The notes below the pieces were generated by a model. It had not been told where the DNA came from and ran no database searches. It saw only the letters and a list, made by a program, of their open reading frames with translations. Positions 50,801 through 61,829 of a stretch of 64,000 nucleotides of DNA are shown here, piece after piece (positions within the stretch are counted from its first letter, which is position 1; each line of letters starts with the position of its first letter). Source of the stretch: Caldilineaceae bacterium. GTDB lineage: Bacteria; Chloroflexota; Anaerolineae; Caldilineales; Caldilineaceae. The position numbers and the translations under genes were made by a program. Location of the stretch: positions 3,142,399 through 3,206,398 of the forward strand of contig OZ252089.1 of assembly GCA_965248125.1 (NCBI GenBank), written 5' to 3'.

Positions 50801-50853
50801 TTTACAAGTGGGTGCCCCTAATGGGGTTTGGGACTTCGATCCCCACTTGTAAA
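50801..50853. repeat. Nested hairpin with a T-loop-like motif (tRNA-like minihelix) in an ORF-poor spacer
   Basis: Perfect 12 bp outer stem tttacaagtggg (50801-50812) / cccacttgtaaa (50842-50853). Inner hairpin cccc-taat-gggg (50815-50826). TTCGATC at 50835-50841. Confidence 0.4.
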
Positions 50854-51140
50854 GCCGAGTGTGGAACGCTGCCTACCAGCACTACGCACATTGAGTTGCT
50901 CGGATCTTGTGAAGGATTTCTGCAGACACGGGATTTCCTCAGCCAAATCGAGACGGGGCATAATTCATCTCCCAGCCTGGCCTGTAACTGCTCGAGGGCA
51001 GCAACTGGCTTCCGGTCCTCGCAGGCAACACATTCCATGCGTCCCGACTAGACATCTTCGTAGATCCCGGCCTTTAAGCCCACAACAACTTGGATCCGAA
51101 TTCCCCAGCCAGATATGACAGAGCCCTATATAACCCCAGT

Positions 51141-53381
51141 TCAAAGGCAGGCAACCACATCGTCCCTACGGCTAGCTGGAGTTACCCTGAATTCAAGCAC
51201 GCCCTGCTTCACTGTACCTTCAAGGGTTGTGCGGTAAGGGGCATTAAGTCTGAAAGATACGTCCCAGGCCGGCGGCCACGCCGGGCACAGGAAGATTTTC
51301 TTCCCGTCGCACTGCAGCAACATGGCCTGGAGAGTCGTATTCAACACTCCGCCATGGCACTGATCCGGGTACCAGTCGAAATTAGGACCCCAGAAAGCTG
51401 GAAATCGGGAGAGATTCCTCATGGCCTTGGCTGGATTGTCATGGCCCAGGCTGTCGTGATTCTGGTTACCTGCCCGGCTGACCACAGCGGACCGGGCACT
51501 TTCGGCTAAGCCCAAGTAGGCGAGAAACAGATCATTTTGGCGCCAACCATAATGACCTAAGAACTGACGGTGCCGCAGGGCTGACAGAGCCATTTTCTGA
51601 TCATCTTTCTCAAATGACAGCAGCCTGAAGGGAAATACAGCGTAGAGTTCGGCATTCTCAATGTTCCGGCGCCACGCGTATTCATCTGCGGGAGCCAGCA
51701 TGTGCACACCATTTTCCTCTCGCGTAGGCAGGTCCGGGATTTTCCGGAACAAGTCTACCCAGTACCCGCGCATTTGCCCGGTAGTAGTCTCTGCGGGTAG
51801 CGCCAACAGCCGCTGTATGACTGCATGCAGGCCTGCAATTTCCGGCATTGGGTTGGTGCAGTCCCACCAGGTTTCAAGTGCCTGGGATGGGTGCATGACC
51901 AATTTGCCATGGTCATCAGTCGGATAGTAGTGATCAAAGAACTCCAAGGTCAGATTGGCAAACGGTAGGACAGTTCCCTGCAGAAAATTACGGTCCTGCA
52001 GATGGTCAAAATAGTCCAGCATCAGGAAGACCAGCTCCAGGCCGCCCACCCATTCCCACTTATGGTAGCGACTTTCCTGCAGCGGATCATCTCTGTCCTC
52101 ATAGGGAGTCCAACCGTAGGTCTCGGTAAATACATCGCCCCAGAAGTAAACGCATTCCGAAAAGAAGATGCCATCGTGCCCAAAATATCGTTGGGTGCGA
52201 TGACGCCACAGCTCTAACATCTCCTGCGCATACATCCGGAACAGGGGAGTCAGCATTTCATAGTCCCCTGCGGAACACATGTTGTAATAGGGCAACCGCG
52301 TATTTTGCCACCAGTAGCCGGGACCCCAGCGTCGATAATCTGCATCTTCCTGTTTGCCAGGATAGGGCACCGTGAAAATGGACCCGTTGAACTTGATGGG
52401 GTACTGGCCTCTGCCCGCACAAGCCTGAACGTAGCGCTGCAACGCATAGGACCGGCTGACCAGGTCTGCTTCCCGAGACGCGTTTTCCTCTTGCGCCGAA
52501 ACCTCAATCCAGCTCCGTTCCCAGAAATCCTGCCACCATTGGACATGCGCCGCGCGCCGGGACGCAGGATCCGCTTGGCGCACAGTTGCAATCAAGTCCT
52601 CCATTGTGGTTTGCCAGTTGGCTGGGGAAGTAGGATGCAGAGAAAGTACAGGAATTAGGAAACCCACTTTGTACCCCAGCTCTGTATGTAATTCTCGATC
52701 ACTGGCTTTAGCACCATTCGTGGTTAGGATCGCTGCTCCGAAAATCCGGTCCAGCAACGGATCGATCCTTGGGAAATCTGCCAAGCCTTGTAATTCCGCG
52801 GTTAAGGCAGGTCCTACTGATTTGATGTTGTGATGACACCAACCGATCCAATCCGGAAGGTCTTGCAGCACCGAATCAGGCTCAACGATGGTAGCTTCCC
52901 GTTTCTGATCGTTCCGGGCACGATCCAACATAATGTCGCTAATCTGGAGTTCCTGGAGTTCCGTGGGTTCGGTGCGCCACAATTCAATGTGAGCTGCGGC
53001 CTCAACAGGGTCGGTGGATTCAATGCAGACATGTATAACCGGATGGTGGGCAGCCACCCACAGTCGGATGTCCGTTTGGGAATCCCGGTGATGATCTTGG
53101 GAAGGGCCGATCCGCACGTGCCAGGTTCCGGTCAGTATGTCAAGCGTTTGGCGCACTATTGACACATTGGGAGATGGATCCAAGGCTATACGGACTCGGC
53201 CTAACTTGAGCAGCCGCCCGTTGTCGCCCCAGGAATCAGTACGGCTGATATAAAAATTCAGCTCCCCTTGGAGTGACAACCAAGCATTGAGCCCAATTTC
53301 ACCATTGCCCAAAGGCACTGAGCCCTGGGCATCATGGCTGGGGGCATCCCAGACGACATTATAAGACCGCGGATTCGACAT
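51141..53381 (-). CDS. Large cytoplasmic glycoside-hydrolase-like protein (GH95-related / DUF5703-like N-terminus)
   Basis: N-terminus VVWDAPSHDAQGSVPLGNGEIGLNAWL..FYISRTDSWGDNGRLLKLGRVRI resembles DUF5703/GH95 N-domains from memory. 746 aa, no signal peptide. Confidence 0.55.
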   Translation of the reverse strand: MSNPRSYNVVWDAPSHDAQGSVPLGNGEIGLNAWLSLQGELNFYISRTDSWGDNGRLLKLGRVRIALDPSPNVSIVRQTLDILTGTWHVRIGPSQDHHRDSQTDIRLWVAAHHPVIHVCIESTDPVEAAAHIELWRTEPTELQELQISDIMLDRARNDQKREATIVEPDSVLQDLPDWIGWCHHNIKSVGPALTAELQGLADFPRIDPLLDRIFGAAILTTNGAKASDRELHTELGYKVGFLIPVLSLHPTSPANWQTTMEDLIATVRQADPASRRAAHVQWWQDFWERSWIEVSAQEENASREADLVSRSYALQRYVQACAGRGQYPIKFNGSIFTVPYPGKQEDADYRRWGPGYWWQNTRLPYYNMCSAGDYEMLTPLFRMYAQEMLELWRHRTQRYFGHDGIFFSECVYFWGDVFTETYGWTPYEDRDDPLQESRYHKWEWVGGLELVFLMLDYFDHLQDRNFLQGTVLPFANLTLEFFDHYYPTDDHGKLVMHPSQALETWWDCTNPMPEIAGLHAVIQRLLALPAETTTGQMRGYWVDLFRKIPDLPTREENGVHMLAPADEYAWRRNIENAELYAVFPFRLLSFEKDDQKMALSALRHRQFLGHYGWRQNDLFLAYLGLAESARSAVVSRAGNQNHDSLGHDNPAKAMRNLSRFPAFWGPNFDWYPDQCHGGVLNTTLQAMLLQCDGKKIFLCPAWPPAWDVSFRLNAPYRTTLEGTVKQGVLEFRVTPASRRDDVVACL

Positions 53382-53482
53382 GCAACCAATCGCTCCTGTT
53401 GGGAAGAAAGTTCCTAGTGACTGCCCGAGTACCCGAAGTTAAGCCCGTTGGCAAGACAGTGGGTTGGCATGAACCCCAGGCT

Positions 53483-53929
53483 TCAATTCAGAGAAGGCAG
53501 AGAAGACTGGGCGTGAGCTACCGATGTACTGGAGGTCTGCGTGACTAGCATGTCCGGATCCGTGATAAGGGTGTCTGGATCACTTGTCAGCCACTGCCTT
53601 CTAATTCGGTCCAGTTCTATCATGAGATACTCACGCGATTCAACATCGGAAATGCAGGGAGTGCGTTGCATGTAGGTACGCAATTTGCGGATTCTACGCA
53701 CTGCACGACGCTTCTGGCGTTCCTTCCAGCGACCGCGACAGCTCGTTTCAGCCGGGGCGCGTTCCAACCATTCGAGTGGAATCTGTTCAGTTCCTATAAT
53801 GCTTTCGGCGGCGAGGTGCATGGTGTTGATGCGATCGCCCAATACACGTCCTGCCAAGCGTACGGCATGGACGGCTGCCAAAGTAAACAGGACTACAAAA
53901 ACCAGAAATCCGACAGCAATAAGGGCCAT
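53483..53929 (-). CDS. Hypothetical single-pass membrane protein
   Basis: N-terminal TM helix MALIAVGFLVFVVLFTLAAV, then a basic segment RGRWKERQKRRAVRRIRKLR. No family recognised. Confidence 0.5.
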   Translation of the reverse strand: MALIAVGFLVFVVLFTLAAVHAVRLAGRVLGDRINTMHLAAESIIGTEQIPLEWLERAPAETSCRGRWKERQKRRAVRRIRKLRTYMQRTPCISDVESREYLMIELDRIRRQWLTSDPDTLITDPDMLVTQTSSTSVAHAQSSLPSLN

Positions 53930-53941
53930 ATCACCAATCTG

Positions 53942-54967
53942 TTACGCCTCTACGCCCCTTAATTCCAACTCTCCAGCAAAGTGGCAGCTGGCAAAGTGAC
54001 CAGGTCTGGCTTCTATCAAGGTGGGTTCTTCTGTGCGACATCGATCTTCCGCATACCGGCACCGCGGATGGAAGTGACAGCCGGAAGGCAAGTCTGCAGG
54101 ATCGGCAGCTTCGCCGGGCAAAATCATGTGATGCTGGCCCTGCTCGGGGTCCGGAACAGACACCGCGGATAACAAGGCTTCCGTATAGGGATGAAGCGGA
54201 TGAAGATAGAGTTCCTCCGTTTCCGCTACTTCCACAATTTTGCCTACATACATCACCGCCACACGGTCAGAGACATGCTCCACCACACTAAGGTCATGGG
54301 CAATGAACAACATGGTGAGGTCAAATTCCTCTTGTAGATCTTGCAGCAGATTTAGTATTTGGGCTTGCACCGACACGTCCAGGGCGGAAACCGGTTCGTC
54401 GGCCACCACTATGCGTGGATTAGGAGCCAAGGCCCGGGCAATGCCGATGCGCTGGCGCTGACCCCCGGAAAAAGCATGAGGATATCGAATAAGAGATTCG
54501 ACGTTTAGCCCCACCAAATCGACCAGTTGTCGGACACGATCTTCGATATCCTGTCCCGAACCCAACTGGTTGGCACGTAATGGTTGGGCAATAATGTCAA
54601 ACACTGTTTTGCGCGGGTCTAGCGAAGAATAAGGATCCTGGAAAATCATTTGCATATGTCTTCGTTGGGCTCGCAATTCCTTCTTCCCCAATTGCAGTAG
54701 ATCCGTCATCTCTTCCCCCTCCAGGCGCAGCAGAATGCGGCCCTCTGTGGGTTCTATAGCGCGGACTATGCAACGACCCAATGTGGTCTTGCCGCAGCCA
54801 GATTCTCCCACTAAACCCAAGGTTTCGCCTTCCCGGAGCTCGAGTTCCACATCATCGACTGCCTTGACATGTCCTACCACTCGCCGGAAAAGTCCTTTCT
54901 CAATGGGAAAGTATTTTCTGACGCCTTCAACCCGCAACATGGGTTTCAGATCATGCGGGTTCTGCAT
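53942..54967 (-). CDS. Oligopeptide/dipeptide-type ABC transporter ATP-binding protein (OppF-like)
   Basis: Motifs [22 protein letters not shown], and a C-terminal Cys-rich oligopeptide-ABC tail. Start moved to MQNPHDL. Confidence 0.9.
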   Translation of the reverse strand: MQNPHDLKPMLRVEGVRKYFPIEKGLFRRVVGHVKAVDDVELELREGETLGLVGESGCGKTTLGRCIVRAIEPTEGRILLRLEGEEMTDLLQLGKKELRAQRRHMQMIFQDPYSSLDPRKTVFDIIAQPLRANQLGSGQDIEDRVRQLVDLVGLNVESLIRYPHAFSGGQRQRIGIARALAPNPRIVVADEPVSALDVSVQAQILNLLQDLQEEFDLTMLFIAHDLSVVEHVSDRVAVMYVGKIVEVAETEELYLHPLHPYTEALLSAVSVPDPEQGQHHMILPGEAADPADLPSGCHFHPRCRYAEDRCRTEEPTLIEARPGHFASCHFAGELELRGVEA

Positions 54968-55973
54968 CGGTCTCATCCTGGCTTTCGTAAAGGAAACACC
55001 GCACACGGTGGCCGGATTGGGGTTCGTACAAAGGTGGTATCGCCGCGTCACACACACCTGGCATGGCCTCTGGGCAACGTTCTACAAAGGGACACTGCTC
55101 TGGCAAGTTAAGAGGCACGGGCACAGAACCCTCAATGGCATCCAGCCTTTGCTTGACCTTGCGTCCTATGCGGGGAATGGATTTCAGGAGCAAACGCGTA
55201 TATGGATGCAACGGTTCCTTGAAAAGGGCATGCACATCCGTCTGTTCCACAACCATACCCAAGTACATGACCACCACTTCATCAGCAATATCCGAAATGA
55301 CAGCCAGATCGTGGGTGATATACAGCATGGACATCCCAATCTCAGCCTGCATCTGTTGCATCAGATCCAGAATCTGAGCCTGAACGGTCACATCCAAAGC
55401 CGTTGTGGGTTCGTCCGCAATAAGCAAGGCGGGGTTGCAGGATAAGGCCATTGCGATCATGGCCCTCTGGCGCATCCCACCGGACAACTGATGCGGATAT
55501 TCGTCAAAACGTAGAGGGGCGTTGGAGATGCCGACTTTGCGCAGCATTTCAATAGAGATTTCCTGGGCCACGCTACGATCCGGCGTGCGATGCAGCAGAA
55601 TCATCTCGCTTATTTGGTCTCCTATAGTGTGCACCGGGGACAGGCTGGCCATGGGTTCCTGAAAAATCATGGAGATCTGGCGCCCTCTGATAGCCCTGAT
55701 TGCTGGTCCGTCAGGTTCCAGCTCCAGAAGGTTAACCTCCTCCCCATCCGAGGGGGTAAAGTTTATGGAACCATTGATAGTCCGCCCCGGTGCGGGGACG
55801 ATACGCAGAATGGATTGCGTTGTAACGCTTTTTCCACACCCGCTTTCCCCTATCACTCCCAAAGTACTGTGACGTGTAACTGAAAAACTTACGCCGTTGA
55901 GCGCTTTCAGTATCCCTTCGCGCAAGAAGAAGTGAGTTTCAACGTCCTTGAGCTCCAGTGTGATGTCTTGCAT
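54951..55973 (-). CDS. Oligopeptide/dipeptide-type ABC transporter ATP-binding protein (OppD-like)
   Basis: Motifs [18 protein letters not shown] and [11 protein letters not shown]. Start moved to [10 protein letters not shown]. Confidence 0.9.
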   Translation of the reverse strand: MQDITLELKDVETHFFLREGILKALNGVSFSVTRHSTLGVIGESGCGKSVTTQSILRIVPAPGRTINGSINFTPSDGEEVNLLELEPDGPAIRAIRGRQISMIFQEPMASLSPVHTIGDQISEMILLHRTPDRSVAQEISIEMLRKVGISNAPLRFDEYPHQLSGGMRQRAMIAMALSCNPALLIADEPTTALDVTVQAQILDLMQQMQAEIGMSMLYITHDLAVISDIADEVVVMYLGMVVEQTDVHALFKEPLHPYTRLLLKSIPRIGRKVKQRLDAIEGSVPVPLNLPEQCPFVERCPEAMPGVCDAAIPPLYEPQSGHRVRCFLYESQDETDAEPA

Positions 55974-56219
55974 GATTGCAGACCTTGCTCTCAATTCAGC
56001 GTGAAATGTGTGTTGAAATTCCATGATCCGGCCAAATTCCGGACCCACTGCCGTGTCCTGCGCGGGAACGGAAGTTGACGGTCAGCATTGGGGACCCACC
56101 AACTGCAAGCACACCGCACTTGCAGATTCGCGGGCACTCTCTGAATTCGGGCATGGAACCAAGGAACTTCCATTGTACTCACCACTTTTCCCAAGAGGGT
56201 CCTGTTTTCGCAATCCACT

Positions 56220-57356
56220 CTACTTGTACGGATCTGCCGCATCTCGGAGGCCGTCTCCCAGAAAATTGAAAGCCACGAGGGTGATTATCAGCACCAGACC
56301 CGGAAACAGCAGCCAAGGATACAGAATCACTACTTGAACCTGTTGGGCTTCATTGAGCAACGTCCCCCAGCTCACCAATGGGGGCCGAATACCTAACCCC
56401 AAGAAGCTAAGAGCAGTTTCGGCCAGGACCATGCCGGGGATGGCCAGAGTTAAATTGACTATCAGATAGCTCATGAAACCGGGCAACATGTGGGTTCGAA
56501 TGATTTTCATGTCAGTTTCCCCCGCAATGCGCGCGGCCAGCACATAGTCTTCTTCCCGCAGGCTGATGATTTTGCCTCGCACCACCCGGGCTAAGCCGCT
56601 CCAAGCCACTAGGGCGATGATGACTGTAACCAGAAAATATACTTGGAGTTGGGGCATCTCCCGCGGAATGGCCGCTGAGAGTGCCATCCAGAGAGGAATG
56701 GTGGGAATTATGAGTAAATACTCGACTACGCGCTGAATTATGGTATCTGTCAACCCTCCGAAATACCCCGAGATTCCCCCAAACAGGCAACCTAGGACGA
56801 AACTGATGGCCACGCCTACAAGGCCAATAGTGAGTGAAACCCGAGCACCGTACAAAATGCGGGAAAAAATGTCACGGCCCAGTTTGTCAGTACCCAACAG
56901 GAAGGCGTAACCCGGCTCTTCTACTCCCCACAAATGCAAGCTGGTGGTGAAGAGTCCCCACGCCTCCACCTCGTCGCCACGGTTGAACAAGCGCAGAGGA
57001 AAAACCAGTTCTTTTTCTTCTGTAAAATCGAGGGCGAAAGTCTCCTGATTTCGCTCTTGCGTGTAACCATAAACGAATGGTCGCAAAGTGAAGCGGCCAT
57101 TTTCATGCCGAAAGCGAAGGCGCTGAGGCGGCGCGAAGAGATAGTCAGAATTGCGCCGATGCAAGTCGTATGGCGAGATGAACTCGCAGAACAGGGCAGC
57201 CATATACATGACTATGAGAATGCAGCCCCCCAGGATGGCCAGTCGATGGCGTATGAACTTGCGCCACATCAGCTGCCCTTGAGAGGCCATGAAAAAGCGC
57301 TCTCGGTCGCTGACCTGCTGCGGCACAGCTTGTTGCCTAAGTGTTTGGACCGTCAT
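56220..57356 (-). CDS. Opp-type ABC transporter permease (OppC-like)
   Basis: 378 aa, multi-TM, with a long N-terminal extracytoplasmic loop typical of OppC/DppC. Confidence 0.85.
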   Translation of the reverse strand: MTVQTLRQQAVPQQVSDRERFFMASQGQLMWRKFIRHRLAILGGCILIVMYMAALFCEFISPYDLHRRNSDYLFAPPQRLRFRHENGRFTLRPFVYGYTQERNQETFALDFTEEKELVFPLRLFNRGDEVEAWGLFTTSLHLWGVEEPGYAFLLGTDKLGRDIFSRILYGARVSLTIGLVGVAISFVLGCLFGGISGYFGGLTDTIIQRVVEYLLIIPTIPLWMALSAAIPREMPQLQVYFLVTVIIALVAWSGLARVVRGKIISLREEDYVLAARIAGETDMKIIRTHMLPGFMSYLIVNLTLAIPGMVLAETALSFLGLGIRPPLVSWGTLLNEAQQVQVVILYPWLLFPGLVLIITLVAFNFLGDGLRDAADPYK

Positions 57357-57377
57357 TTTGACGATACCTGTTCCGGT

Positions 57378-58364
57378 TCAGCGATCTAACCGGATCCGAG
57401 GATCCACGACCATCAGCATCAAATCGGACGCAAAAGTACCGACAATGGTCAGCAACCCCAGAAATAAAACAAGAGTGCCGGCCAAGTACATGTCTTCACT
57501 CAGTAATGCCCGGTACAGTAGGGGCCCAACTGTCGGCAAACTCAATACTATGGCCACGATGGCGCCGCCAGAAACGAGGCCGGGCAGAACCCAGCCAATG
57601 GTGCTCACTACAGGATTGATAGCCACTCTCACCGGATACTTAAACAGAACTTTACGAGGGTGCAAACCCTTGGTGCGGGCAGTGATCACATACTGTTTGC
57701 CGAGCTCGTCAAGAAGCACCCCCCGCATGACGCGGATCAGGCCGGCGGTCTGGCCCAGAGCAATAACTACAATGGGCACGGGCAAGTGTTTGAGCATATC
57801 GACGATCTTGGGCCACCCCCAGGGTTCATGGGCATATTCCTGAGAGAACAGGCCGCCCACATTCATGTCGAACTTGGTGTGAAAGAAAACCATGACCAGC
57901 AAGGCCAGAAGGAATGGCGGTGTAGCCAACCCTACGAAACCTATAGCAGTGGCTCCATAATCGCCCAACGCATATTGGTGGGTGGCTGAATAGACACCAA
58001 TAACAACGGAAATGAAATACACGAAAACCAATGAAGTTAAGTTGACCACTAGGGTCAGAGCCATACGATCCCCGATGATTTCTATGACGGGCCGATTCCA
58101 CTGCAGCGAAGTGCCAAAGTGTCCTCGAAACATGCCGGTGAACCAGCGCAGGAACTGCACGTACATCGGCCTGTCCAAGCCGTACTGGCGCTTTAACGAT
58201 TCTATTTCTGACTGATCCACCTTTTCCCCGCTGGCTTCAAGGCGGGTGATGTACATGGTCAGATAATCGCCGGGAGGCAATTGGATAATGACGAAGGTGG
58301 TTACGCTCAGCAAAAGCAACAGTAGGATCATGTACATGAAGCGTTGTAGCGTGTAGGTAATCAC
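57378..58364 (-). CDS. Opp-type ABC transporter permease (OppB-like)
   Basis: N-terminus MITYTLQRFMYMILLL and the OppB-like topology. 328 aa. Confidence 0.85.
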   Translation of the reverse strand: MITYTLQRFMYMILLLLLLSVTTFVIIQLPPGDYLTMYITRLEASGEKVDQSEIESLKRQYGLDRPMYVQFLRWFTGMFRGHFGTSLQWNRPVIEIIGDRMALTLVVNLTSLVFVYFISVVIGVYSATHQYALGDYGATAIGFVGLATPPFLLALLVMVFFHTKFDMNVGGLFSQEYAHEPWGWPKIVDMLKHLPVPIVVIALGQTAGLIRVMRGVLLDELGKQYVITARTKGLHPRKVLFKYPVRVAINPVVSTIGWVLPGLVSGGAIVAIVLSLPTVGPLLYRALLSEDMYLAGTLVLFLGLLTIVGTFASDLMLMVVDPRIRLDR

Positions 58365-58454
58365 GGAGCCATGTCCGTCCCAGAATACTGAACTAGGTAA
58401 CCAAAAATACCGGACCGTCTGGATTTCCCAAGCGGCCCGGTACCCTTTGCACTG

Positions 58455-60560
58455 TTACTTCCAATAAAACTGTTCGGACAATTCCATCAGGGAAATGTGG
58501 TAGTACTCGCGCTCCTCCGCCACTGCTATATTGCCCAACCCTTGGCTGTAGACAAAAGGCTGCGGAGCGCTGGCAACCGTACCGATATTCCACACATTTT
58601 CCTTGTGGTTTTCGAATATCTCAATACCGAGTCGAATTTGTTCTTCCTCTGTAGTCGCCGACTCGAGCTCCCAGAACAGCTCTATCAGCTTGACTGCTTC
58701 GGGATCCTGCGGTTCTGTACCTTCGGTGCCCTGAGCGCCGAACCAAGTCCACCAGGATGGTGTCATAAGGAAACTGCTCACAAAAACGGTATCCGCGGGT
58801 GACAGGCCATTGGCCCACCAGATGGTGCCCACTGTTTCGTTGGCACCGCGTTTCTGCCAATAGAACTGGCCATTTACCTGTTCAACTTTGGTATCCACAC
58901 CGATTTCCACCCAGAACTCCCGAAGGAGCTCCCCACCTGGTGTAGCTGGTGGAGTTACGTCGTAATAATCGATGGGGAGAACCATGCGCTGGCCGTCAGG
59001 CCGGAGTCGAAACTCACTATTGGCATCCCATTCAAGACCCATTTCATCCAATAACGCATTGGCCTTTTCAAGATCGAACTCGGCATAGGCATCACGGAAT
59101 TCATCCTTGTACCAGGCACTTCCCGCTACTGGGGCAAAAGCGCTGGGTACGCCGAAATCCAGGAAAATCGATTTCTTAACCTCATCGCGGTCTACGGCAA
59201 GAGACAGGGCCTGTCGGAAACGCTTGTCCCGCATGATTTCACCCAATACGGAATCGGCGGGGTCAAAATTGAAGGGGACAATTAGGAGCTGATCCTGCCA
59301 GGCCGGTAGTGCCATCAAGTGGTAGTTTCCGGCGTCCTGGTTCTGCGAGAACATGGGGTAATCAGACAATCGAATGAATTGGCCCTGAATGTCGGTCTCG
59401 CCCGAAATGATCTTGAGGTTTTCAACCTCAAGATCAGTCACCAGACTGCGGGAAACTGAGTCGATGTAGGGCAATTGATTGCCGTCAGGGTCTACCTTGT
59501 AGAAATAAGGGTTGCGCATCATGATGAATTCGCCCTGCTGTGGTTCACTTTCCCACGCATAGGGCTGCAAGACGGGCATAGATCGGTAACCTGCAGTGCG
59601 ACGCTGGTAGGAACCCCCCGTGGCGTTGTTCTGGATGCCGACGAACCAGCGTCCCCAATCCTCAGCTGCCGTGAATTCTTCCTCTTCCATCAGAGGAAGC
59701 AACTCCCCAATATCGGTGTAACCCGTGTGGTACTGCTTGAAGTAGTGGGCGGGCCGCAAGTGTGAACTCCATGCCCAATTCACCATTTGGGGCAGAAAGA
59801 AGCCGTTGGGCTCAGCAAATACAAACCGCACGGTCTGTTCGTCCAACACTTCAAAGCCCGTAGGTTGACCGCGGTAATTGAGCCAGGAGGGCGCAGCGGG
59901 AGTTACTTCCTCGTTACGCAACACATCCTCGATGTAAAACTGAATGTCCTCGGTGGTGACGGCTTCACCGTCGGACCATTTCAAACCCTTACGTAGAACG
60001 AATTCGAAAGTCTGGCTGTCGTCGCTCGTACTCCAGGACTCGTAAACACCAGGCATTATCTCGCCCCCCATCCACTTGTAACGAGCGGTGCCTTTGGCAG
60101 GACGCAGTTCCAGCAGATTTGTTTCGTTGAGATGGCGGAGATAGTGATCGTAATCAATGGTGTATTCCACCCAATGCAGGTTACCGCCGTACTTGCCTAT
60201 ATCCTCCAGTGGGATTTGCACTACGGGATTGTCGGGCAAACGCTCCTCCACTGGTGGCAATGTGCCTGCAGCCACCATTTCGGCCAACATGGGGGATTCA
60301 CTGAAGGCTGGGACTGTTGTGCCATATTCCGCTTCATAGTCGGCCAAGTTGAAATCTCGACCCGAATTGGGATCATCGATGAAACGTCCCATCGCCATGG
60401 AATCGTCCATCGCTTCTTCTTGTGCGGTTTCCTCGGCCATGGGCTCTTCTACAGCTTCTTCCACAGCATCAGTCTGGCCGCCGCATGCTGCCAAACTCAA
60501 AGTAAGTATTAAAATCACGAGGGTCAGCCACAAGACCGACCTCTTCAAGGGAGCAGACAT
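58455..60560 (-). CDS. Family 5 (Opp/Dpp-type) solute-binding lipoprotein, unusually long
   Basis: Signal plus lipobox [10 protein letters not shown]. About 700 aa. Start set at MSAPLKRSV with GAGGTGG upstream. Confidence 0.85.
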   Translation of the reverse strand: MSAPLKRSVLWLTLVILILTLSLAACGGQTDAVEEAVEEPMAEETAQEEAMDDSMAMGRFIDDPNSGRDFNLADYEAEYGTTVPAFSESPMLAEMVAAGTLPPVEERLPDNPVVQIPLEDIGKYGGNLHWVEYTIDYDHYLRHLNETNLLELRPAKGTARYKWMGGEIMPGVYESWSTSDDSQTFEFVLRKGLKWSDGEAVTTEDIQFYIEDVLRNEEVTPAAPSWLNYRGQPTGFEVLDEQTVRFVFAEPNGFFLPQMVNWAWSSHLRPAHYFKQYHTGYTDIGELLPLMEEEEFTAAEDWGRWFVGIQNNATGGSYQRRTAGYRSMPVLQPYAWESEPQQGEFIMMRNPYFYKVDPDGNQLPYIDSVSRSLVTDLEVENLKIISGETDIQGQFIRLSDYPMFSQNQDAGNYHLMALPAWQDQLLIVPFNFDPADSVLGEIMRDKRFRQALSLAVDRDEVKKSIFLDFGVPSAFAPVAGSAWYKDEFRDAYAEFDLEKANALLDEMGLEWDANSEFRLRPDGQRMVLPIDYYDVTPPATPGGELLREFWVEIGVDTKVEQVNGQFYWQKRGANETVGTIWWANGLSPADTVFVSSFLMTPSWWTWFGAQGTEGTEPQDPEAVKLIELFWELESATTEEEQIRLGIEIFENHKENVWNIGTVASAPQPFVYSQGLGNIAVAEEREYYHISLMELSEQFYWK

Positions 60561-60689
60561 GGTCCACCTCATATGAATGGTATCTTGGATAGAACAAGGA
60601 AATGCTACCATCAAGTTCTGATGGCTGCAATGTGCCCTACGGACAGTAGGATACAGATTGGTAACGTTCAGCGCTGGAGGGACTCAGAT

Positions 60690-61061
60690 ATGGAATTAGG
60701 TGCGTTTTCAGTCAGCTTGGCCGTAAAGGATCTCGAAACTTCGAGGAATTTCTATGAGAAATTCGGGTTTGAAGCCATAGGAGGTGACCCGTCACAGAAC
60801 TGGCAGATTCTCAGGAATGGGGACCACACCATAGGTCTCTTCCAAGGCATGTTCGAAAAGAATATTCTGACCTTCAATCCAGGATGGGATGATCAGAATC
60901 AGCCGCTTGAGAACTTCATGGATGTCCGCGAACTACAGCGACAGTTGAAGGCGACGGGCATATCCCTGGTGTCTGAAGCCGACGAGGACAGCACAGGGCC
61001 AGCCAGTTTCGTAGCTTTGGACCCAGATGACAATCCAATCTTGGTGGATCAGCATGTATAA
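60690..61061 (+). CDS. VOC / glyoxalase family protein
   Basis: [34 protein letters not shown] sits 7 nt upstream of ATG 60690. Confidence 0.8.
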   Translation: MELGAFSVSLAVKDLETSRNFYEKFGFEAIGGDPSQNWQILRNGDHTIGLFQGMFEKNILTFNPGWDDQNQPLENFMDVRELQRQLKATGISLVSEADEDSTGPASFVALDPDDNPILVDQHV

Positions 61062-61829
61062 CCGTCTGCACGAATGAACATTTGCAGGCACGTCTGACAC
61101 GAAGGCTAAGGCCTTCACCAAAAGACTGAACCAGAGAACCCCTCAAGCCGATGTATTTCACCAAATTCCAGTTAACTCTGCCAGTGAAATTTGCGTCCTG
61201 AGAGACGCCTTGGTTCACGGGGCCGCAGTCCAATGTTATGCACAGGTGCCGAGTGCATTTGTCTGCATGGCCCCTACAGTGCAGCTGGTATCACTGCTAC
61301 TACAGATTCTTTGGAGTCAATCGCAGATACAAATGACTTAACCCTTTCCAGAAAATATGGGAAATCTGCCACCCGTGACCATGTATATGCACATTGTTCG
61401 GGAAGTCCCGTTGGGCCGGGCCCAAGTGAGGCTACCCGTGGTACACCCTAACCAAGCGGAATGATCCTCTCTAACAGAACAGTAAGTAGGGCTAATATGG
61501 AGTTCCACATGTGATCGGGGGCCCCAAACGATGCACAACGGACGGTTATGGTCAACTACCAGTCGTCTGGACATGGCTCCACTAACAATGCAATGGGAAT
61601 CCTCGCCCTGAAAAGGTCTGAATTGGATATCTTGCGATTCCAAGAATAACCCCTAGGATCGGCGAATCTGAGATGGATTTCTCACGGATACTCACATTGG
61701 TCTGTTCCTGGGAGTCTGCACCCTATACCCTCCAGGAAGGTCGATGGTATTCGGAATACTCAAGGATTTCAGAGGAAATTCCTCTGGAAGAAGGAAGACT
61801 ACGGCATACCCCACCACTATCGACCTTAT

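Noticed and set aside
50801-50853. A genuine tRNA gene at the nested hairpin
   Set aside because: It has no D arm. The central hairpin has only a 4 nt loop, so there is no anticodon loop. The acceptor-like stem is 12 bp and AU-rich, and the total length is about 53 nt. I kept it only as a tRNA-like structure.
50036-51140. A known riboswitch or housekeeping RNA (TPP, cobalamin, guanidine, RNase P, tmRNA, SRP, group II intron domain V) in the spacer
   Set aside because: Isolated short matches, such as CTGAGA near 50524 and GAGCC...GGGTT pairing near 50747-50794, are not accompanied by the other conserved cores or spacing of those families. A covariance-model scan is still needed.
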